From: Lophium mytilinum
Taxonomy: Eukaryota
Reading direction: 5' to 3'
Length of the DNA: 64,000 nt
NCBI GenBank assembly: GCA_010093605.1
Contig: MU004183.1
Location: forward strand, 2,480,001-2,544,000
The translations under genes were made by a program, and so were the position numbers. Position 1 is the stretch's first letter, and every line of letters starts with the position of its first letter. Shown here piece after piece: positions 50,681 through 63,851 of this stretch. The notes under the pieces were generated by a model. The model saw only the letters and a program-made list of their open reading frames with translations. It ran no database searches and was not told where the DNA came from.

Positions 50681-51391
50681 GAGGTGTTCGCAGCGGAGAA
50701 GATGACTCTGTCGGTCTTCAGGGCGGAGATAGAGATGCCAGGGACCGCTCTATGAGCTCAATGCTCTCTGATATGATCAAACCCTTAATCTACCTGAGCT
50801 TCAACGGGGCTATTTCGTTACGAACTGTGCAATGCAGTCTAAAGTCACTTATTTAAAGTCCAAGCAGCTAAACCAAACATAACGAGAGGGTTGGACAAAA
50901 TCTCTAGTTGTTCTATATACTGCTGATTGGCTTCAGACCTGGAATTCGCTTTTCCGCGCCTCCAATAGCCGTAACTATCATGTACCCAACATGTTGCTAT
51001 CTTAGTCCACTCTACAGCATACGGGCATGCCTACAAAGAGTTAGCATTGTGTCAACATAATGAAAGGATGAATTAAATACGGTGTGTCGGAAATCGCCTT
51101 TTTATTTCGGTACGTGTTGCGAACGGGAGGCACTGCGTATACGCAGGCACGCCTGCGCAGCTCTTGGTCCACCAGCGGTGCTCCTTCCGACCACCAGCAA
51201 ATCGGGACGCGGCACAATTCAAGCCAGATTCCTGCCCCCCCCGCCCTGAAGCTCACTGAGCTCTAGAAAATGCTCGGAATGGTTTTCTCATCATCTTCAC
51301 TCATTCACCCTTTTCTCCGGGTTTTTAAAGCTACCATTGCGGTTGATAATTGCTCTTAGCCTTGTCGTGTTGCTCGCTTACCTAAGGCAGA

Positions 51392-53284
51392 ATGAGCACC
51401 GAGCCTCATCCCTCCGCGCTAGTTCTTTATCAGCCTCGCCAGTCCGCAGCCTCGCCAACAGAACTCCAAGACACGCAACGTACCGCAAGCACCACCTTCG
51501 ATGAGGGTTCTCCAGAAGCCAACTGTCTCTTTGAAGAATTCCTTTCCTTTGGTGAGGATTTTGCGCAGCCTTCCCGCGTGGAGCCGGAATCCTTGAGAGA
51601 TTATTATGATGGCGCTTCAGCCTCCCAAGAAGTAGTTGGCCTCACAGAATCTGCAGTCAACTTGCCCTACGATGACTGCCAAAGACAACTATATGGTGAT
51701 GCTGCTTGCGGTTGTTTGGACTGTATTCTCTCTGGGCCGACTGAAATCAATGAAGGCGACGATGACTTATCCTTCTCGCAGCCAAACAACCTATCCGAGC
51801 GGTTTGGTTTGTGGGAGCGATACCCCCTGTCCTGCACAACAAACCACCTCCAGGAGTTTGTGAGCCTCGGAGATATCGAGAAGTGGCCGACCGATGAAAA
51901 TCGGGATGGCTATGGTCTGTTGGTGGACTATTACCCAACAGACTTCCAACTTGGACACAGCCAACAGGCCGACAACCTCACAGGACCGGGCCCATTAGAG
52001 AAAATACCTTCGAGTATCTCAAATTTTACTAACGATCACGAAAACAGCCTCACACCATTGGCCCCACCCAACCTGAAGGCCGCCAGAACTCTACAATCTC
52101 GGCAAACCGTTGTCGATGGCCATTGCCTACCGACACCTAGAACCAGAACTACTCAACAAGTAGGATCCGGCTCTCTCACAGGCAAAAAGGAAACCAATTC
52201 TGTGATCAAGAAATGGTTCATTGCTCACATGACTTGGCCATATCCCAATTCCCAGGAGCAACGCTTTATGATGGAGGAAAGCGGTTTAAGCATCCGTCAA
52301 GTAAGGAGATGCCTCACTAATCTTCGAGCCCGTACAAATTGGAAAGGTGGGTGACTGTTAGTATTCTTTAAGTATTGCCATCGCGCTGACTAGGATATAG
52401 CCACGAGAAGTGATCTCAGAGCACTTAGGCTTGGCTCTCTCTCAAGTAGCCCGCAATCTGGAGATTTTGATACCCAACGAGACACGCAATCTACCAACTC
52501 GATAGACCGGCAATTGGTACTTAGTTCCTCCTCAGAGCCACAATCCACAGCTCGAGCCGCCTATACCTATCCCCAAGGGACTTTGGACGAGAGTTCTACT
52601 GAAGATGCAAATAGCGTAAGCTCTCCTGGCACCGCAGACGGTTTCGGCCTATCACCACTTCAACCTGCAGCGCCAAGAGAGATCAAGTGTATGACGGGAA
52701 GAAAAGGCAAGAAGCCATTCATTCTTAAAGAGCTAGTAGCAGGCCCAAATACCTTATCAGAGACGGAAGTGTACAATCCGCAGGACATGCCTTTCCAGTG
52801 CACTTTCTGCTTCAAGCATCTCAAAGATCGCTATGAATGGAAGCGTCATGAAGCTTCGTATCACGTCCTCGCTACTAAGTGGATTTGTATGCCCGAGAAC
52901 ACCTTCATCTCAAATGGTAGCTGTGTCTTCTGCGAGAAAGCGCTCCCTTCCCCGTTGCACGACTGTTCTCAGAACATCGACACATGCCTAGCGAGATCCC
53001 TCGACGATCGGACATTCACAAGGAAAGACCATCTGAAGCAACACATCCAGCAAGTCCATCTCCAGAACACTAGAGGTTACCCTCCAAACCGACAGACAAA
53101 TGTTTCACTCCGCATACCACCTTCATGGCGTTTCGATCGCGACGCGACCGAATTTGATGCCAAAGCACTGTGGTGTGGTTTCTGCAAGACCGACCTCGAA
53201 ACCTGGGCACAGAGAGTCGAGCACGTCTCTGAGCATTTTCAGCAGGGGGACAGCCTGACAACCTGGTCTGCCAAATTTCTTTAA
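51392..53284 (+). CDS. TALE-type homeobox plus C2H2 zinc-finger transcription factor
   Basis: KKWFIAHMTWPYPNSQEQ..SGLSIRQV; intron 52347..52400 joins in frame to FQCTFC..YEWKRHEASYH, FTRKDHLKQHIQQVH and WCGFC..RVEHVSEHF. Confidence 0.85.
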
Positions 53285-54381
53285 ACTACTTCTTTCTCAA
53301 TGATTTTCCATTGTTTGGACTTTTGCACCCTCACCCCCTTATTTACGGCTTTTATAACGGTCATACTCTCCTACTTTACGCATGTCTAAGCTTTCTTGAA
53401 GGGTTAGATGTCGTAAAAAAACGTGTGGACACTCGCTGCTTTTTGGATATATTCAGCGTTCATAGTATCACTATTATCTTTCATCAGCGCTGTTCCGTCT
53501 ACCTCTCATCTACCAATGTACCTTTCATATACCAATGTACCAGGACTTCCCTTACGTTCTTCGCATTACTATTTCTTTTTCGGAATCGGCGGCGCTATAC
53601 ATACTGAAGATTTATGGCACGATCTATTAAACGTCTGCAATAAACAAGACTAAAGGGCTACGCAACTCGTACTATTGGCTTATGTGATGACCATAACCTA
53701 AGCAACAGGGAGAAGCTGTATTCCAGTAATGTGACTGTACAAAGTAGTTAAACGATAGGGCGAGAACGGAATACAGGAAAAGCTCGTTTATGCTGTTCAC
53801 CCAACGTTCCGAGGCTATGAACGTAATAGCGTAAGTAAACGTTATTATCGAATGCCACTTTTTGCCAAATATTTGAACGGCAATCGGAAGGTTGAGTGGT
53901 ATACCGTATAGTAACGGTAGAGAGCATGAATCTTCAAGCGAGCTTGTCCTGTATTTCGCCCTTTCTCAAACGCCCAATTGTGTACCGTCTCTAAGCTTCT
54001 AATATAACCATCAAAACCTAGCATAGTGGCGACAAGACATCCACGGCTTGCATGTGAAATCTTCATTAGTGCTAGACCCCGCATTCATAATCTCCGTATG
54101 ACATGGCTGTTTGAAAAGGACCCGACCACACATGAAAACTACATTTCAGCACAAGGTTCATGACCGAATCAAAGGATTGGATTCACATGCAAAATCAAAA
54201 CATCTTCACAAATAGACTGCTTCATTGACGTCTAGAATGTGTATTGAATTTCGAGTCCGAGTCACCGCCGCATTGAACTAGCGACGAGTCCCGTAGGCTC
54301 CCGATCTAGTAGCCACGAAAAAAACACTGATATGCCATCCCCAGCACCTCACCCAGAGCACTTTTTGTCATCCTGCAGCAC

Positions 54382-55362
54382 CTACTTCTTCGCCGACTCC
54401 TTCTCATCAGCCTTGGCCTGGGCGCGCTTGGCCCGCACACCCACAAGCCTAGCCTCGGAGCGTGCAGCACGCAGCGTCTTGTACGGGCTCTCGGTCTTCT
54501 CGACGGATCCGATCTTGGCCTCGGTGAACTCGATGACGTTCTTGATGGGCAGCACGGATGCGAGCGAGGAGAGGGTGTCGCCTTTCTTGGCGGCCTTGAC
54601 GTCCTCGGCGGAGGCGTCACCGGTCTTGGTCTTGCCGTGGCGGCGGGGGAACAGGATGAGACGCTTCTTGTATTCCTGGAGACGCTCGACGTTGGCCTTA
54701 AGGCTCTCCTCGGAGATGTTCTGGCGGCGGCTGCTGCGGGTTAGATTTTGGGGTGGGAGGGTGGAGGGACGGCTGGCACGTACGGGTCGACGGAGATACC
54801 GATGGTGGGCGCGAGCTTGCGGGGGATAGCGGCAGCCTGAGCTCGATTAGTTGATGCGATTGTCCATCTTGCGGACGTCCCATACCTTCAACTCAGCCAA
54901 GGTGAAGCCACGACCAGCGCGCACGCGGCGGTTGTACTTGATGGTCGGGCATCGCACAATAGGTCGGAGCTTGTCGACCGGACGAGGAGCTACAGTCGCG
55001 GCTTTGGCAACACGAGCATTGCGGCGGCGAAGCTTGCGGCCTAGGGACCGTCAGACGGGGGAGTTCGATACTGAAACGCAGACTCGAGGTCGCAGTTTCG
55101 CACAGGCGCCACTGCTCTCAGAGTATAAGAGGGGAATTACCTGGCTGATCGAAATGGCAGCGCACACGACTGAGAGACTGTCAGCTTGTGGTTTTCAATG
55201 AAGAGGGGGAGTATTCTGGAGGTGGGTTCCATGTGGGCGTTGAAGACGTACCGTTGCCAGTCCTTGCTGCAAAGGCTATTAGTATTCTGTATTTCCAAGA
55301 CATCTGACGAGGACGTACTGGAAGTGATTCTTCTGAATCTGCTGGTTGTGCTTGATCGCCAT
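54382..55362 (-). CDS. RPL13: 60S ribosomal protein L13 (eL13)
   Basis: [71 protein letters not shown]; five introns, including a 15-nt exon at 55266..55252. Confidence 0.97.
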
Positions 55363-55821
55363 TGTGGAGGTTGGCGCGGATTGTCGATGCTTCGAAGTTC
55401 GAAGTTCGAAGAGAGCGCTGGATTGAAATTGAGACTGATCGTGCGCGTCCGTGCGTTTTTCGGGTCGCGCGTTAACTTTTATCCGACACCAAGCTTGGCA
55501 CACTAATCGCTTAACGAACAACCAAGAAAGAGTTCATGAGATTGGAGAACATATCTCTCGTATTCATCGCTATATACGCTCTTGAATCTACCTAGACTTG
55601 ATCCACCACCTTCATCATCATCGTAGATCCCGTGCCCCCATTATGATCGTCAAAATCCATAGCCTTCCACATATCCACGTTGAAACCAAGGGAACCTCCC
55701 TAGCAAAAGCCCTATGAAAGTGGAGCCAGAAGATCCAGTCTCCGATGCTCCATGGACGCCGAGAAATCGAAACTCGCCCATGACCAAATCAAAGCGAACA
55801 ATCGAGCAGACAATGGTTCTG

Positions 55822-57336
55822 CTACTCTCTGAGCAACCCTCCAATGCCCAGCCCCACCCCTTCATTTAGTCGGCCCCTCTTGGTAGGACTCCCATGCACA
55901 TCGGAGCCGTCCAGCCTCCTCTTCTCATGCTCGCTCGGCCTATTCACTCCGGGCTTCTTGACCTGGCCGAAGATCTTGCTTTGGATGAGGCCGTTCGAAG
56001 CTCGGTCCTGCGACGACGGGGCCGACATCTTAGTCTTTTGCGACGGAGTGTGACGGAGCATACTGGTTGCCATCTGGCTGGCTTGGGACTCTGGGATCTC
56101 GTCTTCTGAGACCCCGTCGTCGTCTAGGCTAGACGCTGTGATGGTAGAGTTGCTGCTTTCTCGACGAGCATGTTTTTGTAGGTATTGGATTGGAGGTGCT
56201 GATTGAGGGACAGCATTGATGGCGTTGAAGGTAGGCGGAGTCCGTGGTACGGCGAGGTGTGAGTGGTTCGCACGTGCTCGATTTGGTGTTTGCGGTAGAG
56301 ACGACATTGACTGAGCTCCTCGAGTGTGGCTGAACCGTTGCTTCGGTGGCTGGGTTCTGGTGGGGGTTGACGGCGCTGTGGCTGTCTCCTGGCTAAGCAT
56401 CTTGTCTGCAAGAAGTAGAGCTTCGAACGGCTGCTCTCTGAGCGGAGGATGCGTCCTTCCCGTGACACGATGCCGTGGAGTGCCCATGTTCGACCTTGGG
56501 GGACTGGCATCGTTCATCTGGTCGAGGAAAGGCAGGAACGGAGCGATGTGGTCCCTGTTCTTTCGGATGCGCCCTCTCAGACGGTTGTTCTCTTCCCTTA
56601 GACTTGCCAATTCTCCATCTCGATGCTCGGTGAGTCTCCGCTGGTGGTTGAGAGCAGCTTGGAGCCCATCGTTCTCGTGCTGCAGCATTTGGCAATCCCG
56701 AGTCAACTCATTCATGAGGATTGCATTGGCAGGGCTAACGGTCGTCTCGTTGAAGCTTTGCACGGGAGACATCATGGTCGTTCGCCGTCTCTCCTCGGCC
56801 TTTTGTAGAACGTCGACTTCGGCTTGGGTCATGGCAAGTTCCACAGCCATTCGATTGGCCGATTCTCTACTCTCAATCCACAGCATGTTATGCTGCAGCT
56901 TATAGTGGGCAGCACTCAGCCGAGCGTCTCGCAGCGCAGTTGAAAGCTCCTCGACCATGGATCGCAGCTCCTCGGCAGACGCATTGGTGACCTGCTCGGA
57001 GGTAAAGACAATGGTTGACGGCTCTGCTACGCCCGGAATTTTGACAGTTGGTGGAGGGGATGATAGGTGGGGAGTTGGCGGAGTTGGAGTTCGGACAGGA
57101 GCGCGCATTGAAGCAACCTGGGAAGATGGCGGCGGCGTCATTGAGGAGGTATTTGGAGGTGCTGGTGACACGAACTTGGCCCTCTCTGGAGTGAGAGCAA
57201 TTGGCATGGCTGATGGTGCCGGAGATGTAGAGGCAAGCTGGCGTTGCGGAGTTGTTGGGCCCGAGTTTTGGGAGAGTTCAGTCGTAGATATGAGCGAGGC
57301 CTGCGCGGCCTGCGAGAATTGTGCCTGGGCGTCCAT
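55822..57336 (-). CDS. Uncharacterised coiled-coil protein rich in S/T-P sites
   Basis: Intronless 504-aa ORF; heptad region ARLSAAHYKLQHNML...LREENNRLRGRI; many TP/SP sites. Confidence 0.75.
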   Translation of the reverse strand: MDAQAQFSQAAQASLISTTELSQNSGPTTPQRQLASTSPAPSAMPIALTPERAKFVSPAPPNTSSMTPPPSSQVASMRAPVRTPTPPTPHLSSPPPTVKIPGVAEPSTIVFTSEQVTNASAEELRSMVEELSTALRDARLSAAHYKLQHNMLWIESRESANRMAVELAMTQAEVDVLQKAEERRRTTMMSPVQSFNETTVSPANAILMNELTRDCQMLQHENDGLQAALNHQRRLTEHRDGELASLREENNRLRGRIRKNRDHIAPFLPFLDQMNDASPPRSNMGTPRHRVTGRTHPPLREQPFEALLLADKMLSQETATAPSTPTRTQPPKQRFSHTRGAQSMSSLPQTPNRARANHSHLAVPRTPPTFNAINAVPQSAPPIQYLQKHARRESSNSTITASSLDDDGVSEDEIPESQASQMATSMLRHTPSQKTKMSAPSSQDRASNGLIQSKIFGQVKKPGVNRPSEHEKRRLDGSDVHGSPTKRGRLNEGVGLGIGGLLRE

Positions 57337-58595
57337 ATTGTTTTGCGAGGCTCCAATGGCGCGACTCGGTGGTCCAAGCCCCGGACACGTCAGATATACA
57401 GGTAGCTAGGAGCGAGTCGCAGCGTCGCAAATCCGCGACTTCCCCACACGAGAGCTGCGTTAGGCCAGCGGACGGCAGCGGGTCGAGCGGGCGGGCGGGT
57501 GGTTGGCGCAAAGGTGCAGGAAGAGGCCGTGTGGTGGTCGCGGCGAGGTTTGCGCGATTTCAGGCGGGCGGGGATGTCGCGTCGCAGAGCGCGTTGCACT
57601 GGACGATGGGACGAGCTTTGCGACTGTAACGGCCACGTCTGCAGGTTGGGGGCTCGCGGGTCCGACGTGTTGCAAGAGGGTGGAATTGGTGAGAGGGTGA
57701 GGTTGTCGTTGGCGCAGAACACCCCAAGCCCTCAAGCCGGTCGCATCCCCGCCGAATGAGGTCAAGCGTCAGAGGCCCGTTGTAGGGGCAACCAGGGCCG
57801 TTGAACATGAGGCCTTGTCTCTGCCATTGCAGCTGTGGCATTCGTGACGCGTCTGTTTGTGTGTATGTACACACGAAGGATCTGGTGTACTTCGCTCTTG
57901 ATGTTGCTTGCTGCACACTGCAGGAGTCAGTCTGATGTATCTCGCTTGCTTTGTTGTTTCGGTAGAGCACGTGACCGCGAAAGTTGATAGTTGGGCAGGC
58001 ATCAGTATCATTTTGTTCCTACTGAACGTATCAAAGAAGGAAGCATCTGTCTATGCGGATTGTTTGAGGGGAAAGAGCTACTGCGTTTGAAACACTGTAC
58101 TGACAGTCGAGACACGAAAGGGGTATGGGAGTCTGCCTGAGCAAACTTCAGTAGATTTGGCTATATATTTGATACAAGGTAGCTGCAAATCTCCTTCGAC
58201 TTATAAGAAGGTCGTGTGACGATTCTACGGCTCCAACTGCCTGTCGATTATCACTGTTCCATGGTCGAGCAGCTATCAAACAGTCTATGGTCCTCTGTGG
58301 TCATGCTTGTGTTTACAGATCAACATACCCCCTTTCGGCTGCTGTGATTCTTCCCCATGCCCCTCGGTGCGCACAAAATCAGCTGCAGATCGCCAATTCA
58401 CCGTTTGCCCACAAATCGGAGCACTTGCCGCTTGTTGGCTGTGTGTTTGGCCGCTCAAGCCACTTACGGCTCCCCCCATACGGCTTCCCTGCAACGACTC
58501 GCTCAAGCCCAAGCTCCTCCCTTGGACAAACGCGACCTGTGTTGATTTTGATATTTCCATTCGCTGCGCCGTTACACCTCCATGCTGCTGTTACA

Positions 58596-61500
58596 ATGGA
58601 GCCGTCGGCCTTCTCCTCGTCCATCTCCAGCCGGCCATCTGGCCTTCCTCGACCCTCGAGGCTGCCTGTGCTAAGATCCCCAGCCAGCAGTTCGCAGCTC
58701 AAGCCACAGCTTAAACCCGCACAGCCCTCTGACACTCTAAGAAAGAAACCCTCCGCGTCAACCTTATCCCGTCCAACGCGCCCGGCCTCCACTTTGATAT
58801 CTCAATCGAACTCTCGACCCTCTTCACAATTGACCACCAAGCGATCTATACCCTCCTTCGCCGCAAAGAAGACTACAACTGACGACGGTGTCTTCAAGAA
58901 GCCAATTGGGAGACCTCCGTCGCGACAAAACCGACTCAACAACCCGGTATTACCTACCACAGACAATGAAACGAGAGAAAACGACAATCTTGGTTCGCTA
59001 AACGGGTTTCGAGCATCGTCGCGGGCCTCTTCGCGGGCCTCCTCAAGACAGGGGTTTAGGGATGGCGAACAAGGGATAACCGTCCAGGGAGAAAATGGAG
59101 AGGTGGAATTGAGACCAGCGTCCAGGAAGTCTCGACCTTCCTTATCAGACCGGACTGTCGAGAGTCTCTCCCAGCTCGACTCACCCAGGCAGAAAGGCAG
59201 GAGGAGGTCAAGCTTCTTCGCCACGGAGAGTCCCATGGGGCCTCCTGCGAGACCTGCCTCCGCACTGGGAAATAACAGGAGCCGACCAGGAACGAGCGAC
59301 GGAACCTTTGGCACCATCTCGCAATTCGGTCCTTCTACCCCTTCGAAGGCCCCAAACTCGAATATCGGACAATCCAGAGGCTCACTGACAGCTCCAGGCA
59401 AGAGGAGTGTCAGTGCCGCCTTGCCACGAAGTATTGGGACCCCAAGCAAGCTAGGTCTTAATGCGAGGCCTACCTCTACCCAACCTGCTGCTCAAATCCA
59501 AAGTATCAAGTCTGCCTCAAAGGCCCGTCCGCTTAGCGTAAGCACGACAACGGCTGCGAAAACTCTAAGGCCACGCGCTAGCATCAGTGGATTATATGGA
59601 CAGGCGCCTTCAAGCGGTAGAACTCTCAAACCACGCGCCAGCCTCAGTGGGATACATGATCGAGCTGGACCAACTCCAACTATAACTGCTCCGTCTACAC
59701 CTACTGCACGTGGGGGATCTGCTAGCGTCGAGCAATCGCCTGAATTATCAGCCCGGAAGATATCTCATTCATCAGCAGCCTTAAGAGAGCAGCTCGCAAA
59801 AGCTAGGGCAGCTGCTCGGCGCTCAAACATTGGAGGGGATGTCCCTGAAATAGCTCCTGATGATGCTGGAAATGCAGAAGTACCAGTTCAGCCACCAACG
59901 AGATCGCTAGAGGTATCTTCCCCGTCGCCAGAGCCACAGGAGCCACTTGCCAATGCCCATACGGCTGCTCGAGAGTCGAATTTAGTAGAACAAGTCTCCA
60001 TATTACCGATTGACGAAACTGTAAGGGCAGAAGTTCCATCTCAGAAGCCGGTGTGGCCCTTGAAACTGTCTGCTTCGTCAGCAGCACTACGGCAACAGCT
60101 TGCGAAAGCAAGGACAGCTGCTCGACGGTCGAACGCAGTAGATCAAGTTCCAACAACAACCACCAACAAGGTTGAGAATCTCGACGTACCAGCTCAGCAG
60201 CCTACGAAACCCTTGAAGGCCCCAGTAAAGCGTCCCACAAAACCGAAGGCTATATCAGGCCCTGCTCCTGCACCGCCATCGGATACGGACCAGAAACCAG
60301 TACACTCATCGGCTGCACTACGTGAGCAGATCGCAAAAGCGAAGGCGGCCAAACGGGCAGCAGCGGCAAAGGAGACAAGTGGCGTATCCACACCGCCACC
60401 TAAAGCTGTCACCGAAAGCGAGCATGCGATTGTGCCAGACCCCGCAGAGATTGCTACGTTTGATTTCGGCCTTGACGCAGACCCTTTCAATCAGGGCCCC
60501 AAGGGCAGTGTTTCGCTGATGCGAAAGCGAGTGGACGCTGCTAGGCTAGATGGCAGACTCAACATCGCCGCCATGGACCTAACCGAGATACCTGAAGATG
60601 TGCTGAAGATGTACGAGTTCGACGCCGACAAGTCTGATATGGCTTGGGGAGAGTTTGTGGATCTCACAACTCTCATCGCGGCTGATAATGAGCTAGAACG
60701 TATTCCCGACGAAATGTTTCCTGACGTGGATGCCCATAGTACCCTTGGTGATGACATTCCAGGCCCGCAATTTGGGGGCATGCAGACTATAGACCTTCAT
60801 GGAAATTTGCTCCCCTCCATACCGCTTGGCTTGCGACAATTGCCACTCACTAAGCTCAATCTCGTAAGAGGACAGACCCTTTCTCTATATTTCAATTCTA
60901 ATAAACGTAGTCTCGAAACAAACTCTCCAACGACGCTTTAGACGTCATTTCGCAAATCTCGTCGCTGAAAGATCTCAAAATCGCCGAAAACAGCTTGCAG
61001 AGTAGTCTCCCACCAAGCATCGGGAAATTAAATCAGTTAGAAATACTCGAGCTTCAAGGAAACAAGCTAAACGAACTACCCGATGAGATGCGAGATCTCA
61101 TCCATCTCCGCACTCTCAACATCTCTCACAATAAGCTCGCTTCCCTCCCAGCCTCTCTCTTCGCCGCTGTCTCCTTAGTGGACCTCATCGCTACCAACAA
61201 CTCGTTTTCCGGCTCTTTCTTCCGCGACGATATTCAAAGCTCTTCTCTCCAGACCCTCAACCTTTCGTCCAACGCTCTCACCTGCCTCACCACGACCTTG
61301 ATCTCCCTACCCGCTCTGAAATCCCTCGATATCAGTATCAACCGTATCACGCACCTCCCGGACATTGCATCCTGGACCGCCCTCGCCGTTCTCCGCGCGG
61401 GAGAGAATAAAATCACTGCACTTCCGCCGGGCTTTACCTCCCTAATGGAGCTTAAGATCGCGGATTTCAGCAGCAACGACATCAGGGTTGTCGATGAAAA

Positions 61501-61702
61501 GGTTAGTCTTATGGACGGACTGGAGACTCTAATTCTGGCCGCGAACCCGTTAAGGGACCGAAGGTTCTTGACTATGGACACCGACAGCGTTAAGAGGGAG
61601 CTGTTCGGGAGGATGGATCCTGCCGAGGTGGAGAAGCTCAGGGGAGATGGGGCGGGTGATGTGGAGGAGATTGGGAGGAGAGGGCCCATGATGGTTTTTT
61701 GA
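58596..61702 (+). CDS. Leucine-rich repeat protein with long disordered N-terminus
   Basis: ATG 58596 (MEPSAFSS); S/R/P-rich N-terminal half; LRRs (IDLHGNLLPSIP, LELQGNKLNELP, LNISHNKLASLP, LILAANPL); intron 60864..60910. Confidence 0.88.
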
Positions 61703-62103
61703 GGGTTCGGCGTTTCAAGGGGAATTCGGTATGGTTTCTTATTCAGGCGTTTCAGGGGCAGACGGGTCTTGTTGCTGTATGCTTGGGTATTCTCATTGCT
61801 GCGTGGTGGATGGCGTCATTGGATGCTGTTAAGCTGTGTTGACTAAGTGGTGTAGGATATCTTGCAAGCCTAACTTCAATATACAGGTACGGGTAACATT
61901 TTTAATTGTTCTTGAACATTGCGGGTTGCACGTGGTGAGATGAAGATTTTTCTTTCGGAAATGTCGTTAGCATTGTAGAAGTCATGCGCTGAAAGGGCCT
62001 CTTCAGGGTCGTTAAAGGTAATAGACACAAGATGCATGTCAGTTTTCGCAAGATTTCGGGCTTAGTCGCAGTTGCAGTCTCAAATTCTGGCTAAATTTGT
62101 TTC

Positions 62104-63120
62104 TTAGCTCTCCGGCCGCATTCTTCGCACGTTGTCGCATACCAGTGTCTCAACCCTCCAAATCTCTTTAACGACTCGACTCTTTCGGTTGTTGTTGGGG
62201 TCACTATCATTACGCAAATCCCGGAGTCGCTTCCGTTCTCCCTTGATTCGCGAGATGAAAGCCCCCCCGGCTAGCCAACCAGTCCGCCTGAGGATTCTGA
62301 TCGAAGATTTCCTTGTACAGCTCCTTTAGAAGATCCATGTCTTTCCGAGCATAGTATGTTCCATGGATGGCCTCAATCGCCGAACGCTGGTCAAAACTAT
62401 GCATCGTAGCCTCCGGCACCCGCGTTCGCCGTTCGCAGAGCTCGAGTCTGCAGTATGGACAGAAGTTGCTCGAGTTGCCAACTCCGTTCACATTCGTTCG
62501 TAGGCAGGATCTATGGAACACGTGCTTGCAGATGGTCGTTACAGCATCCAGGGTGCCGGTGCTCTCTAGGCATACGCCTCAATCCTCGGGTGGGCCTGCG
62601 TAACGGGTTGAGAAGGCCTGGATCTGGATCGGGGTAGAGTCTTCAGCTGGCTTGTAGGTCTCTTCGGCGGTGTAGCAGCCAACCAGCATCTCAACGCCCT
62701 CATCCAGCTCGTCCCGGAGCGTCTGGCCAACTTTCCACATCCCCTCTAAAAGGTCCCCGAATTCCCAGCGGAGAAAAAAGTCTTTATCCTCTTCACGCTT
62801 CCGCCTCGTGGCCTCCCCCCGCATCTCCTCGATCTGCCCGCGCAGCTCCTCGCTTCGTCGAAACGCAGTTGGATTGTTGATATATGGCCCGAGTGCGTCT
62901 CTGCTGGTCTCGGGCCTTGCAGGATCCCGAGTACGCCGCATTGCCATCTGGAAGGTCATATAATCCGCTCTAAAGAATTGGACTCATGTGATTGCGTTGT
63001 GATGTACGCGAACATGTCGGCTGGAGACTGCTCGATCTCAGCGAGTTGCTCTAGAGTCTCGTCGAGGTAGCACCAGAATCGAAGAAGCTGCAAGGGTGAA
63101 GCAATGTAGTTAGGAGACAT
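62104..63120 (-). pseudogene. Disrupted RING-H2 finger gene
   Basis: ED*GVCLES-x-CKHVFHRSC-x13-CPYC is a RING-H2 with TGA (62581..62579) at Cys1. Probable frameshifts near 62960-62990 and at a G7 run (62268..62262). Confidence 0.7.
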
Positions 63121-63851
63121 CTTGAGATGGGATCGGGTTGGGATGGTGGTGTGGTCTAGTGGAGGATTGTTGAGGTTGATAGAGCGAGGACGAGAGAATG
63201 GAAGAGAGGGTTTTATGGGGTCCTTGAGTTAAGTGATACGATGTGTCCATCCCTTCGAGGTGAATATGCGCAGAGAGTGTAAGTGGCGTGCGCTGTGAGT
63301 ATGTACAAACGGAACGCTGAAGTGAATGTATATAGGGCGACAATGGACGGTCTTACACGTGAATGTTATAGTGGGATTACATGGCCTGGTTGTACGCCAC
63401 TCTACGATCTCGATATATTGGAAATATACTATCAGCATACGAACGGCGCTGAGAACTAGCGACAGCAGGTGTGCTTATTAAGAGAAAGAGCGGTTTGATT
63501 ATGACCGAGTCGTCCGTCGTCGTGATGCGATATAACAATCGATGAAACAAGCAGGTGTGAGACAGCCACTATTACTTAGGGTAGCCCATAGTACGTACGT
63601 ACATACCTTCACAACGATCCGAACTCTACTAATCCTCTAGATAGCGGTTGTGCTTCTACATCTCTTCTAGTCAATACGCTTTCACAGTTATATCTGAGTC
63701 TACTTTCACAATGTCACATTTCGAGCCAGTTTCACGTTCACTCCATTTTTTCTTCAGATTCTTCCAAGCAGTTCCGCAGCAGGCGCTCTCAACTCCCCTT
63801 CCAACTCGACCTGCCCCACACACAAGCCCAGATCTACCGATTCCAACGAGA

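Noticed and set aside
26536..53284. Secondary-metabolite or nitrate-assimilation gene cluster
   Set aside because: No PKS, NRPS, terpene synthase, nitrate reductase or nitrite reductase; the TFs, methyltransferase and transporter are interspersed with housekeeping genes.
62579..62581. Selenocysteine or A-to-I editing explanation for the in-frame TGA
   Set aside because: Ascomycetes are not known to have Sec machinery, editing would give Trp rather than Cys, and the additional probable frameshifts favour pseudogenisation.
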